From Amoebophrya sp. A120 (Eukaryota > Protista > Dinoflagellata), in the NCBI GenBank assembly GCA_905178155.1, contig CAJINV010000014.1, positions 2,265,923 to 2,329,922 on the forward strand: a stretch of DNA of 64,000 bases. The letters run 5' to 3'. The notes below the pieces were generated by a model. It searched no databases, was not told where the DNA came from, and saw only the letters and a program-made list of their open reading frames with translations. The position numbers and the translations under genes are program-made. Shown one piece after another: positions 1 to 12,711 of the stretch. The first letter of the stretch is position 1. The number at the start of each line of letters is the position of its first letter.

Positions 1-2244
1 GGTAAAGCCAAACGGACCGACCGGCTCCCAAGCGCTGTCGGGCATGTAGAAGTCACCATCATCAATCTGATCTCCTTGTTCACCAGCAGCGGAAGGCGCC
101 ACAACAGCCGCTTCTGCGCAGGCGTCCTCGTGCTTGCGCATACGCGCGGCGAGCCATGCGTGCTCCTCGGCGGGGGGCCGGCAGGCGGGAAGCCGTGTCA
201 ACTTCTCGTATTTATCTTCGGCCGACGTCAAGGAGGATCGTTCGCAAAGCTGCCGACGGAGGGCGGGGGGGTGCGTTCCAAATTGTTCCCCAGCACTTCG
301 TGGCGAACTGGATTCCTCGATCCGAAACACTCTGTTGGCGCTTTTGCTTTTCGTATTGCTCCGCCACCATGGTCCGCGCCCGCTGTTCCTGGATCTGGAT
401 GTGCTTCTGCTGCTGCGGCTTCTCTTTTGCGACGAGAGGCTGCGTGTGCGTTTGTGCTTCGTCGATTTTTTGACAAAGAGGTCATCCACTCCGCCCGCTT
501 TTCGGAGACTTCTACCCGCACTGGCGCTCCGACTCCGACCTCCTCCCGCGGCCAGCGCGGGCCAATCGTTGTGCCGAATGCCGGGGTAGGGATGCGCGAC
601 GTCGAGGTCGTAGTAGGGAAACGGAGCTGCAGATCCAGTCGGGGAAATTTCCAGGCCCCGTAACTCAATCGTGAACCGGGACAGATCGCTATCAGAGAAG
701 GAGGCAGCTGAAGATGTTGATGTTCGATGGTGAGTTTCCGCATGATAACTCTCGCTCCCACGACCTCCCAACTGCGTGACTACCACCTCGGAGTATCGAG
801 CAAGCCAGAAAACCTCGGCGAGCTTGCGCGACTGAAGCTGCTGCGTGTCGGGCAACAATGACGCTGTTGAGATCTTCGGCCTCGACGCGAGTACCTCACT
901 CGCGGTTAGAATTTGAAGAGGGGGCACACTTCCAGCGAGAGTTGCAATTTCGCGGATCAGACGCTCTTTTAGTCTCGATTCAACTGCAGAGCCCAGGTGG
1001 TTGTTGAATATGAGAAAAACGCTGTTGCACCGATACTTTTCCGCTTGCGCACTCACCACAGAAGCGGCTCGCTTCCAAAAGTCTGTCGCCCGGTCAGTTT
1101 CATCTTCAAGCGGGGACGAGGTTGCAGCACCGGATAAAGAAGACGAGGACAGCATCGGACTACGACTAAAATCATCCAACTGCAAGCCGATAACTCGAGG
1201 GCCCCGACGCGATGCTTGGCGAAGGCCCTGCTCGTCCTCGCCAACAGTAAGTCCCGTTGCTGGAGGTGCCATGGACGCGCTCAATTCTTCCACTATCGCC
1301 GCTTGCAAATTTTGAATTTCCGTCTCCAGCAGCAGGTTCGGGACAAAAATGCTCTGGATGACTTCGCTGTAGAAGGCAAAAAACGAAGTATGCTTGGACG
1401 TGGTCAGCGTTGTGCTTTCAACATCGCAGATTTTCGAAATAAACGAGCTGCGAATCGGACGCACGAAGAAGGCCTCAAACTCCGCAAGGAAAAGCCCGGT
1501 TTTCCGAAACGCCGTCTCCAAGCGGTCCGTGGAAGTCGTCGTGGAAAAATCATGTTGATGTTGGCCCTGCTTCATCCGAGAAGTGTGCGCCAGCCTACGT
1601 ATTTGACCCCGGCAACTGTTCTGGACCGCGAGCGCCATTTGATGCAGCTTCAACCCGAGTGGCTGTAAAAAAAGTTCGCTCCTAGACAAGGATCTCTGTT
1701 GTAGTGAACCGCGTCGTGCTCGTTCTCCAAACGGATTTTCGCTTCTCGTTCTCCTCGAGTTGGATGTCGTCGAGTCGGCTCCGTCATTTTTTCCACTTGC
1801 ACGAGCTGTCTCATGTTGATCAACATCCAGCACCGTGTGCTCGTCGTCTTTGCTCCTGTGTCTTACCAAGTATGGCTGTAGTCCTTGCTTGATTTTGAAG
1901 TCCGGATCGTTAATCGCCTGGCCGTAGTACCCGGAAAAGTTGTGTTCTGCGATGGAAACCTCGGGGTCTAGTTCTTCCCACGCAAGCATCCGGCGGGACA
2001 GCGGCGAGTAGAGATTCTTCATCGTGACGCTATCCCTGTGATTTAGGATTCTCGCAACCCAGCCGCCAGGCGGCAGCGACGGAGCCCGTTCCTTGTAGTC
2101 GAGCAGGCTGCCCTCGACCACCAACACAAGAGGTCCCAGATAGACCGCGGCTGTCGTCAACGAAGCGAAAATCAGCTGTCGGAAGGGAACTGCGAGGAAG
2201 CAGTTGCCTCGGCTGCCTGTGTTCTTGTCTACTACTGCCGGCAT
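1..2244 (-). CDS. Large uncharacterised protein with N-terminal hydrophobic segment; 3' end runs off the window
   Basis: Manual translation gives an open frame from ATG at 2244 (MPAVVDKNTGSRGNCFLAVPFRQLIFASLTTAAVYLGPLVLVVEG...) to base 1, 748 codons with no stop. It is missing from the ORF track, presumably because the stop lies outside the window. Confidence 0.8.
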   Translation of the reverse strand, partial: MPAVVDKNTGSRGNCFLAVPFRQLIFASLTTAAVYLGPLVLVVEGSLLDYKERAPSLPPGGWVARILNHRDSVTMKNLYSPLSRRMLAWEELDPEVSIAEHNFSGYYGQAINDPDFKIKQGLQPYLVRHRSKDDEHTVLDVDQHETARASGKNDGADSTTSNSRRTRSENPFGERARRGSLQQRSLSRSELFLQPLGLKLHQMALAVQNSCRGQIRRLAHTSRMKQGQHQHDFSTTTSTDRLETAFRKTGLFLAEFEAFFVRPIRSSFISKICDVESTTLTTSKHTSFFAFYSEVIQSIFVPNLLLETEIQNLQAAIVEELSASMAPPATGLTVGEDEQGLRQASRRGPRVIGLQLDDFSRSPMLSSSSLSGAATSSPLEDETDRATDFWKRAASVVSAQAEKYRCNSVFLIFNNHLGSAVESRLKERLIREIATLAGSVPPLQILTASEVLASRPKISTASLLPDTQQLQSRKLAEVFWLARYSEVVVTQLGGRGSESYHAETHHRTSTSSAASFSDSDLSRFTIELRGLEISPTGSAAPFPYYDLDVAHPYPGIRHNDWPALAAGGGRSRSASAGRSLRKAGGVDDLFVKKSTKHKRTRSLSSQKRSRSSRSTSRSRNSGRGPWWRSNTKSKSANRVFRIEESSSPRSAGEQFGTHPPALRRQLCERSSLTSAEDKYEKLTRLPACRPPAEEHAWLAARMRKHEDACAEAAVVAPSAAGEQGDQIDDGDFYMPDSAWEPVGPFGFT

Positions 2245-3373
2245 TTTGCTTGTTCGTATTGCAACACTGGGCACCAGGTTTGCAAGAAAAATGTAAGTAA
2301 AGTTGGCGTTGTGGTTGTACTAGTAAGTTGAAGTTCGTAAAGAAATAAAGTGAGTACTTATTTTGTTTGCGCATGCTGCGCCACCAAAACCAATACAATG
2401 AATTGCAACAAATTTTGAAAGTGATGACGTTCTTGACTATACAGAATCGAGGATGACGATATTCAAGGCTAAAAAATAGACAAAATTTGAAGAACGAAGA
2501 GAATGCTTGAGCTCTTGCAACAAGACGTTGAAGTTGCTTTATCCTCACTATTTGCAGGCACCTTCATCATTCAAGGTAACAAGTAAGATGTCTGTGGTCA
2601 CCACAGTTGTGATCATCTCGGATCTATCTTCATGTCGCCTCTACTTGTGGCTCTAGCAACAACACGATTTCGATTTCCATGATCTTCATCGCTGGATCTT
2701 CTAGCAACAATGTGAACGTCATCAGCACGATTTGCATTGCATTGCAGGAGCATGGATGGAACTTTTTAGAAGGAGCGCCAGGCAGAGAGAACCGATAACA
2801 GACGGCGGTCTGACCGTGACATCGAGCCTTTACCTTTTATCAAGCCGACTGGTAGCGATAGGAACGAGATCGCTTGCGTCATGTATGATCCTTATCTCGG
2901 AAATTGAAATTTGGATCTCTCTTCCAACTTTGTTCTATCAGAAGCGATGGATATCTTCTTTCTGAAACATGCTCTATTCATCCAGTAGTAGCAAGAGCAA
3001 GACCGCCCTGACCGATTTAATCAAGAGACAAATGAATATGAAACAGAATTAGCTTCTTGTGATAGTCGTGATTTTCGAGAAAAATACTGCTCATAGCCAG
3101 CAGCTAAACCACAGCGCTCGCTTGTCCTTTATTTCTCCTTTCCAATAGAGACTCACCTCGTGACCACAAAGATCGAAAACCATTTTGATTTTTCCTCATT
3201 TGAAATGAAGCTCAGCAAAAAGTTTTCGGCGCCAACGTGAGAACCAAAAATGAGCGCATCAAAGTTCATTTTTCAACAAGCCAACTGCAGTGAAAGTTCT
3301 TGGAAAGAGCTGTAGCTGGCGCAGGGCATAACTCGCGGCCGCTGGCGCCGGCACGTCGACGATGTGCAAGAGA

Positions 3374-6300
3374 TCACACCTTCTGTTCCCGCAGCATCTT
3401 CAGCAATTCCTCCTCGATCTCCTTCACATTCTTATTTTCCTGCCCCACATTCTCCGCCTCGAGTTTGGCCACCGTCTTCTTGAAATCAGTGTCCGCCCGC
3501 TTTTGCCGGAAATCTGCCACCTCTTTCGCCACCTCGACGTCCCCGCCTCTCGATAGCTTGTCTGCTTCGATTTTTGCCGACGTGGTGCTGGTGCCATTCA
3601 CATCATCAGCTGCTACAACACCTTTACCGGTCGATTTCTTAAAGAAATCGTCTGCCCCCCGTAAAGCTGAGTACTTTTTGTACAGCGATAGGTAAAATTG
3701 CTCACTCTTCGCATTCTGCTCCATCGCGTCTGTTGTTGAAAACGAACCCGTAGTAGTTGCACCACCCCCTTGTGGTCGAGCCCCACTTTGACCACGCCCA
3801 CCACGGTCATCATCTGCCAAAGAACTAATTTCCGAGGGGTCTCCGGATAAAAACTTCCCGAGCCGCTCCTTTTTTCCGCCGAAGCAGTGGTTCAAAAGAA
3901 ATTGCTGTCGCAAATACTCAGCCGTAATTTTTCTACGCGGGAAGGCCTGGCCCCTGTGTGGAGATGAAGAGGCAGTGGCGGCGTGGTGTAGTTTCACCTG
4001 TCCTTGTTTTCCTGATCCCCCTTCGAATTGTTCACCTTTTATTCCCACAATCTCCCTCGGATCCCGGAAGCTTTCGGGTAGAATCAAAGCGGACGGGCCG
4101 TCTTTCTATCAACAGAAAAAAACCCTAACCCATCCACATCCATTTTTTGCATGACAAACACAGGATTTGATCTGATGTATGTTAATGCTTTGCATGACAA
4201 ATTGGATGCGGATGGGTGTTTTTTCCTGGATACTTTCGCCTGCAACCCAATTGCAGTCAGCCGCTTCCGAAACCGACGGCTGATATGGATTGCAAAAGTG
4301 TCTTGGTCTGGAAGAATGCAGGAGTTTTTGATGCAGATTTTGCGTGACCCATGAGGTCGGTGATGCATGCCCTAGCATCAGAGATTTTGCGAGGGCTTTC
4401 TGATGCTCATACTGCGTGAGAAATGCCCTCTCCGCGTAGCACAAATTGCACCTCTTTTGCTGTTCATGCAATACAGTTTTTATGTGGATTCCAAAAGTAG
4501 CATCACAAGTTGTATCCTTCCAGACCCAGACATTTTTACATTTGATAGCTGAGGGTCTCAAACGACTCGGACTGTTCGACCAGCAGTTTGTGCTCTTGGT
4601 TCAACCTCGCCTGGTTGTAGAGCTGCAGCACGTCCTTCTTGTAGTCGTACGAGGGCCTCGTGTCCGAGTCCGGGTTGGACCTGTGGTCATAGAGCGGCTC
4701 GGCGAAGACGGCGTTCATAATGTTAGATCGGAAGAGCGAGGAGATACTGCGGCTACTTGTTGTGCTGGATAATTGAGACGTAGACGCAGGCCGCGCGTCA
4801 GGTTTTGATCGGTCTGGAGCAGGGGGTGCGTCAACCTCCAGTTGCAGTGCTTGCTCAATGATGTCTTCATCTTCGTCGTCTAGATTTCGAGTGGGCGCAT
4901 CATCGCTTTCGTCTTCAACGTCAAGAAAGCCAGCGCCGGCTGTTTTGCGAGGTGGTAAGAAATTCCTGATTGGGCTGCTCCTGCTCTTCCGCGTCTCCAA
5001 TTCAAATTTTTCCATCCTGCCACTCATTCCGATTGCCCGCTTCAGCGATCCACCTAATTGTCGCTGCATTTTGGTCAGCCCGGTCAAGGAGCCAAGACCG
5101 TGGAGGGAGGTATTCGAGGTCGGGAATGTCGTAACGTTGTTGTAGATGTTGTTATTGAAAAACAGCGCGCTCTTCTGCAGGCTCTTCCGTGTACCGAAAA
5201 CGTTGTTACCCAGGGAGAGCAAATCGATATTGCTAGTGGCGCCTATCAGCTTCGGATCGGTAAGAGCGGCCAAGCGCTGCTCCAACATTTTTGCGTGGAC
5301 GGAGGCGGGGCCTATAACATCATGCGTCGTAGTTGATCTCGACGCTGTCGCGGTTTTCTTCTGCGGCTGCGCTCCCTCTGGACTGCTGGTCGCGTGTTCC
5401 CCCTCTCGGTTAAAGGTAAAGCTTTGGAGGTTTTTGTGATGTTGAAACAACGGCGATCGCTGCGGAAGCTCGTGATCACCACGTCGAAATTTCTTGGAAA
5501 CCGCACACTTCTTCTTGCTCCTTCTACTTGTTTCTGTGTCATCTTCGTCAATGACAGCACGACCACCTGTTGCATGTGCACTCGCCAAACTTTTTTGCAC
5601 GGCCAACAACAGCAATAGCCCGTGGTCCTCTGGTGCAACTCGGTTCGCGGCCCAGGGAAACAAGAAGTCGGCGAGCTGCGAATAGTCAGTGGCCCTCCGC
5701 CGGTGCGAGTCGTGCGCCTCGCCTCCGGCAGGGGAAGCGCCAGAAGAACTTCCTCCCCCGCGCCCTGTTGTCGCCTCCTTGTCCTCTTTCGGTTGATCTC
5801 TGTCTTCCAAACCCCTAAACACCGCCTCGACTCGTAGCAACCCTTGGTCTCGGGAAAGCAGCTTTAAGACGAACAGCATCGCGGCACAGACGGCCTCTTT
5901 CTCGCTTTCTGAAATCGGCTGCCCTGGCGCGTGTGCGTTCTTCTTCTCTCCGTCGTGTCCGCCTTTTACAGTCGCAGGGCTTCTAGTAGATGGCGCATGA
6001 AGCCGCGATCCAAGCTGCTTGCTAGCCTCCTCCTTTACCTCAAGAAATCGCAAGTCGAATACATCATCGAGAACATCACCAGCTGCGGCTGGAGGATCTT
6101 CTTGGTCGAGAGCCCCATCGCTCGATTTCAAGAAGATCCCGGGTGCTTGCAAGAACAGATCTCCGAGCGGGTAGGAGGTATGGCGACGCAGAGTGAAGGA
6201 GTCTGAGCCGGTAGTTTTTTCAAACCCGATTTTCTTCGTGGGAGATGCCGGAATTGAGGCCGGGTAGGGGTACTTGTTCTCGCCTTTGTTGCCGCTCGGT

Positions 6301-9300
6301 GAAGATGAAGCAGCTTGTTTTTTTTCAATCGTGTCGACCTCCTGCTCCTCGATAAAGATGACACTATCTTCTACTTCATCGTCGCCTTGAATGTCCTCTT
6401 CCAGCTCGATGCCATTTTTTTCGGGCGCGATGTCGACGATGTTGCGCGTTTCTGGATAAAACAGGAAGCGGCTGCTTTTCTTGTTCTTCCCTGACAGTTT
6501 ATTTCCCTCCTCTGCACCGACAGTTCCTTCTGTTTCCTCGTCTACAGGCGACGCAAGAAACGACTCCAATTTTCGGTACATGGCTTCCTTCCGCTTCTGG
6601 CCCGCTTTCGCAGCCACTTCCGACTGCAGCATTTCCCGTCGCTTCTTCTTCTCGGCTTCTCGGTCTACTTCGCTTTGCTTTGTGCGCAATTCGCGTTCCA
6701 GTCTCCTGTGTTCCTCTTTCGCTGCGTCGATTTTCTTGGTGAAGGCGTTGCTTTTTTCCTCAGCTGCAACAATACGCGAGCCTGCTGTTCTTGGGCGAGG
6801 GCTCTGGCTCACAGTATCTGCAACTTCGGTGTGGGAAAATCTACTGTGTTGGTTCAAGAAACGGCCATTGTACGCCACGGCCCTCCAGCGAAGAAGCTTC
6901 TGCTGCTTGCCGTGGTTTTGACGAAATCTTACTGCTGCAGCTGCTGCACGTCCCAAAGTTTCCCCCGAGAAAAAAGGAGTCCGCAAGCGAATCGGATTCG
7001 CGGAAGTCATCTGCTCTTCCCTAAGTATCGTGGGAAAGAACAAGTGCGCCTGTTCCGGTTCATACTTCGCAACATCCCGATCTGCTTTTTCCGGAAGAAA
7101 AACAACGGCGTACCGGTTCAGGAAGCGCCGTGCCCTCCGTAGCTTCGATTGGTAAGCGGCAAGAGAAAAATTAGCCGAGTTGCAAATCGCGTCCCAGTCA
7201 ATAAACGAAATTGTTGCACCACTTTTGGTTGTGTCAGAAGCTCCTGCTTCATCGGCAAAAGATGAACTTCCTTTGCCTACAGAGCTGCTGTGTAGTGATA
7301 CTGGACCTGGAGTAGAAGATGCAACAACATTTGCCGAGACCCGAACCGTTTCACAGATCAACTTGCTCAAACACGCGACTATTCCGCGTTCCAGTGCTGC
7401 TGTGATCTGCTTGGTATTAACCACTGGTAGAGGAGGTCTTGAAGATGTTCCTCTTCCTTTTCTCCCCGGCGTTGCCAGCATAAGCCCTCCACTCCTCGAC
7501 CACGCTGCATTCTCTTCACGCACAGGCGCAAGACGATCAGCATCCCTGCTGAACAAGGCAGAATCTTCGTCACAGGACTCTCCTCGCCCGGGCAGAACCT
7601 GGTCGAGTAGCCTAAAACAGGTGCAAAGCTGTGCGAAAGTAGAGCGGGAGCTCGACGTCCAAATTGATGCCCTGCTCTGCTGTAGGCCTTGTAGATGCTG
7701 CTGCTTTGCTGCTTCTTGTAGGCGCAGCCTCACTTTATCATCGCCCGCTGTCAACAGGGCTGCTCTGGCGGCGTTCACTAGGATTCGGGTGTAGCGGAGC
7801 TGGTGGTCGTGTGTGATGGTTGTGACAGATGAGCCACTAGCGGAATGTCCTTGAAGTAGAACCTGCCTGTTGTACCTCGTGCTACTAGGCGAAGAAGATT
7901 TTTCTACTCCGGCTCCTTTGCTGTTGCTTTTGGTTGCATCATCCAATCGCGCGTCCTGCGGCGCGTTGCCCCCGTCGCGGACCTCGAGGTCGAAATCCAA
8001 GAAGGAATTGACTTCTTCCAGCCAAGACTGCGGTGCTGCCCCTGGCATCTGAGGGGAGGCTGTTCCTAGTGCTGGTGATGATGATTCTTTACTGGCATGA
8101 CTTCGAGCAGAGAAAGTGGGGTCCCTGTAATACAGTTTTCTTGCTGTAGTTTGCGGTGGGTCAAATTTGACGCCAGTCCTTTCCCTGGTTGCGTTTTTAA
8201 GGCGTTTGATCACAATTTGATCAAAAGAAGAACTGCCCTCATCTTCTTGTCCAAGCAGGACAATGTCCTCGCTATCGCTTTTAACATCAGCACGATTTGT
8301 AGTTGTTCCCACCTGGTGCGGGTATGCTTGATCTGCTCTTGCACTGTCCACCTCCAATTCTCGAAAGTCCTGCTGGTCGGGAGAGTCCTCGAGCGCGGAA
8401 AACTGTAAAAGACTGCTGTCATCATCGCTGTCAACTCCCAGAATGGCTGCCCGAAGCTGCATGTCGGTCTTTCTATCGTGATCACTTCGCATATCTTGAC
8501 GCTTGTGCCTGAATTGTCCTTTTCGTAGCTGGTTTCGGCTCATCAATGAACCGACCCCATCTGTTGTGCCGGTGTAGCCTTTGCTGACTTCGTCTTGAAG
8601 ACTTCTACTGTGCGGCTTTTCATCCTGAAAAAGTTGCTGAAAGAGCAGACTTGCCTCAGCCAGGGTGGGAACTCGACCTGCCTCGCGCTCTTTGTCTTTG
8701 CTATCCTCCACACTTGCCCTGAGAAACTTCCTGACTTTGGCGGAGTGTAGTTCTAAATCATCTGGCTCCTCGTCGTGATCGTTCATGAAGATTTTGTCGA
8801 CGACGCCGTCTCCTGTATCGTCATCCTCCAAATAGCTTCGCCACCGCTGGCGCTTCCACACGGCAGGGGCTGAAACCACGGCCGTCGTTGGCTTTTTTGC
8901 TCCACGATCTACTTCTTGATCACTATCTTCTTCTTTCAAACCGATTCTCGAAATCGCCCGGAGCTGCTGCGCTATGTTGTCAGTTGAGTCTGTGTTTCTA
9001 GAGAATTCTTTCACAGGAGTGTTGGGCGGAGCGTGCGTTCCGGTGGACCAAGTCGTGCTTGTTCTCATCTGTATTGATGAAAGAGGTTCCTGGTGGTGGT
9101 CATCTGACAAGCTGCTATTCTTTTTCGTGTCGACACCACGAAGCAAATTCAAGGAGCTGCTGATATTCATCCGTAGAAGTTCGTGCTGTTCGTCAAGATC
9201 TTCGTCGCTTGTGAAAGCAGAGGAACTCCTCGTCCATTTTGTGGAGGAACTAGACGATGTCGAGCTCCTCAAATCTGCTTCGCCTTTCCCATAATAATCC

Positions 9301-12300
9301 GAAATTGCCTCGACGTCCTCGTCCAAATCCCGACCCACGCGGCCGTTTGGAGGAAGTGCCACGACTTTCCATTCCAAAGACCCGGTCTCGGTGTTGAAGA
9401 TCTTCCGCGCCAATAATTTTCCGTCTTTGTCGTACCAACTGACCGCGTTTCCATCAGCGTCCACATCAATTTCTTCCACTACTTTCGCGGCCGCGGATAG
9501 GAGCTCTTGATGCGTATAACTTTGGCGCCGATTTTTCGTGTTATTTTGACCACCGGGCGGGGAAAATTCGCTTCCGCGCTGCTTCGACGCCCTCGTTCCG
9601 CTTTTCCGCTTCTTATTTCGTCTTGGCGAGTTCGGGTGGGGTTTCCTGTAGTCGTATTTTCGTCCTCCGACTCCGAGTCCCCTTCTGTTGCTTCTGCGAG
9701 TTTTATTTGTCGCCGTTTTCTCAACCTGATCTTCATCTCCACCTTCAAGAACAGTCTCATCGCCGCCGTCTTTTCTCCCACATTCAGCTCCATTTGTGGC
9801 CGCAGAGCTTTTTGATGACTTTCCCGAGGACGACGAGGAAGAGGAAATCAGCATCTCGACCGGTTCGGTTTGCGCGTTCGCAAAATCGTGCATCAGCTCC
9901 CAGTATGCAATACAAAAGTATCGCACTCCTGGTGACGCTTTGCTTTTTCTTGCTAGGTGAAAGTGATAGTGAACGACACATGATACAATTTGCCATGCGA
10001 ATGCAGCTCAAAATAGAGAAATCTCTTATGCAGAAGTATTGCAATCAGTACGAGGAGTTGTGCGAGTGCGACATCATTTTCGCATAGGATACCCAGAGTG
10101 GCTTCTGGTTCAACTTCGCCACAAACTCCGCTTCATCTTCGCAGGAGCTGGAGGAGAGGTCAAGGTCAACACGAAGATCGTCTGTTTTTCTCGTGGTTCT
10201 TGTTCTAGCCCTTTTCCTTTTCTGTCCTTTGTCCGCAGTGTCGTTGTCAGCCGTGCTCCCTTTGCTGATCCGCACTTCTCCCGCTTGCGAATTACTCGCA
10301 GCAGCAAGACTCGCGCGGCCTGGGTCGTCTTGCGAAGGTTTTGCTCCACGCTCGGCAGCTAATCCAGTTTTGTTTTTGCCGGTGTCATCACGCTGCAGCT
10401 CAGCAGCATCGTCCTTCCCCCTATCCAGCTGTTTGAGCGCGTGACCCAAGCGAAACTCAATCGCGTTCATGGCCTCCTTTACTGTCGGGAATTGCTGCTC
10501 GTCTCTCGCGCGCGAGGAACGGTCATCGGGAGAAGAGACTAGCTGCAGATCTTGATCTAGATGATCTTCATCGTTTCTTCCAACTTCACGATCATCAGTT
10601 TGACCAGCAGAGTGGTCCTTTCGCATCCAAAACGGCGGCTCACGGTCCGACGGCTCCTCTTCCACGACGCACTCGCTTTTCTCGCCCTTCTGGTCGTCAA
10701 GCTGATAGACTTCTTCTTGTACTAGCCGAGGTCGGCTTTGCCCCTCTACCAGCCTTTGCCCCCGAACAGCCGACTTGCCACTTGTTGTTCGTGTTCCTGT
10801 CACTTCCAAATCCAGATGCAGTTCTTCCCCCGAAGACGTTGCTGAGCTGCTATCGTAGACCTCGTCCAGAGGTTGGTGGTGATCCTGGTGCTGGTTCACG
10901 ATGTCTGGGTGAAGTTTCTCCCCCTTCGAAGAGCGGCCCAAGACGAGACTGTGCGTGAAGGCCTCCAACGTAGACGGATTACTCGTGGGCGGGACTTTTT
11001 CATTTTCTCGCTTCGTAGTTTGACCATCCTTTACCGTTTCACTTTCTTCTAATATCAGCGCCGGTTGATGAGTATTTCGCTCTCGCTGATGTAGATGCTG
11101 TCCCACTTCAAAGTCAACGTCGTCGCTGCTAGAGGTCTCTGCTTGCGCGATCGGGCTGGTTCTTTTCGGAAACTGACCAAGGCCAGAGCCGGCGACAGGG
11201 GCGGGCGCTGTTTTGCCATCCTGTACCTGTTCCCCAGAAACGTCTGCTCTCTCCGGGAAGAAAAGCAGACTTAGAGAACTTGGAGGGCGGCGTGCAGCAG
11301 GACCTGCAGCCTTACCTGCTACATCACAGCTTCTTGCGAAGTCGAAGAAGTTCCTGTCCTTGTTGAACACAGCAGGTCCCTTCGCCCTACACTTGGTAGT
11401 ACTTTCCTCCAGCTTCCTGCGCCAGCTCCAGCTGTGCACCTTCGCGGCCGCGTCTACGGGAATCGCTGGTGGGACCGAAAGTTCTTCTGTGCCCATAGAA
11501 ATTCCGGTCCGCGTCCTCGGCTGCATTTGCCGACGTCCCTCTCGTCGTGCCGCTGCCTTTTCATCTTCGTGTGCTCTCTGCGCTTGCTGTGTTCCTTGCG
11601 CTTGGGCTTGCTTTCTCCACGAACCAAATCCGCTCGAGATAGTCTTTATTTTCGTTTTTGCTGTTGACGTCAGTCGGCTCTGGAAAAAACCTGCCTGCTG
11701 CAAGTTGCTCGAGCAGGATTTTTGGAAGTCATCTTGTTGCTCGTCCCTCTTCACTTGCAGGTCCACTGGCGAGGACCTGTGCGTTCCCTCCTTCAACGTT
11801 TTCGGCCCGGCGGGGGCGTTGGCTTTAGTAGATGTCGCCCCTCCAGCAGAGACGACCACTTTCGCCTTCGCCACAGAAACTCCGCCCGCCGTTGATTTCG
11901 CAGACAGCTTCGCTTGCACAGGTGCAGCTGCTCCCGGCGCAGCAGTAGACACTCCTAGAGAAACGCTCGCTTTCGGAGCAAACACTCCACCCCCGGCCGT
12001 GGATCTCGCAGATGGCAACTTCGATGCACCAGCTGCCCCGGAAACTCCCGAAGCACCCGACCGAGCGCTACTTGCGCCACTTCTCCCTGTGCCTAATCCG
12101 CTGGAAAACAAACTGGTCACTTTAAGCCCGATCTTCGGCACAATCGATGACGACTTCGCGCCGGCCTTTTTTCCGGAAGTTCCCTTCGACGGTTGTTTTC
12201 CCTTTGCGGATGTGTTTTTTCCAGAGAAAACACTTTTTGCTTTCGTCGGCGGTTTTGCTGCAGCTGCAAACTGGTTCGCAGGTCCTCTGGCGGGTGGTGG

Positions 12301-12711
12301 TGGCGGGTAGTTGGCTTTGACGTAGGTCGCAAGAAGCTCCTCGAGGTTGACTTTCGACAGCAGGTTCAACGAGGGCGTCGGTGCTTCTTGTTCTGCTTTC
12401 GCTCCTTGGAGGTCTGCAGTGCTACCTGGAGCCTTTAGTGGCTTCAGGAACTCTTCGTACACAGAGACGGGGACGTACAAATCTTCAATCGCTTTATTTG
12501 CAGGTGGGTTTATTTCCTCCGTCTTGGGGTCATCTTGACGATCGTCGTCTCCAACGTCCTCCGAGGCCAGACTCCCCGTGGGACTATCCAGGTAGAGGCG
12601 CCACTTGGCGATGCGGCGCGTGGCTGCGCTCTCCGTGTTTTCCCTGTCGATGTCATTGTCTTCGTCGATTCCGTAGTAGGATCGCAGGTCAGCGGGAAGC
12701 GGCCAGGGCAT
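3374..12711 (-). CDS. Very large low-complexity uncharacterised protein (~2914 aa), 4 exons separated by 3 introner-type introns
   Basis: Exons approx. 12711-10092, 9898-4548, 4278-4233, 4101-3374 sum to 8745 nt (2915 codons). Junctions read KPLW|ELMHD, ETLS|RRFRK, LQAK|DGPSALILP after removing each element plus one TSD copy. No domain recognised; the start codon is tentative. Confidence 0.8.
4107..4232. mobile_element. Introner-like element / non-canonical intron (126 bp), family A
   Basis: TATC...GGATA ends, perfect TSD CTTTC (4102-4106, 4233-4237), two internal GCATGACAAA. Similar along its length to 55393-55520. Confidence 0.9.
4284..4547. mobile_element. Introner-like element / non-canonical intron (264 bp), family B-type ends
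   Basis: About 30-bp imperfect TIR (TATGGATTGCAAAAGTGTCTTGGTCTGGAAG vs TATCAAATGTAAAAATGTCTGGGTCTGGAAG), perfect TSD GCTGA. Removal restores the frame. Confidence 0.9.
9904..10091. mobile_element. Introner-like element / non-canonical intron (188 bp)
   Basis: TATGCAATACAAAAGTATCGCACTC...GAGTGCGACATCATTTTCGCATAGGATA, perfect TSD CCCAG. Removal joins the 888-aa and 1796-aa ORFs in frame. Confidence 0.88.

Noticed and set aside
11213-12310. 365-aa plus-strand ORF and many similar plus-strand ORFs
   Set aside because: These are antisense shadows of GC3-rich minus-strand genes.
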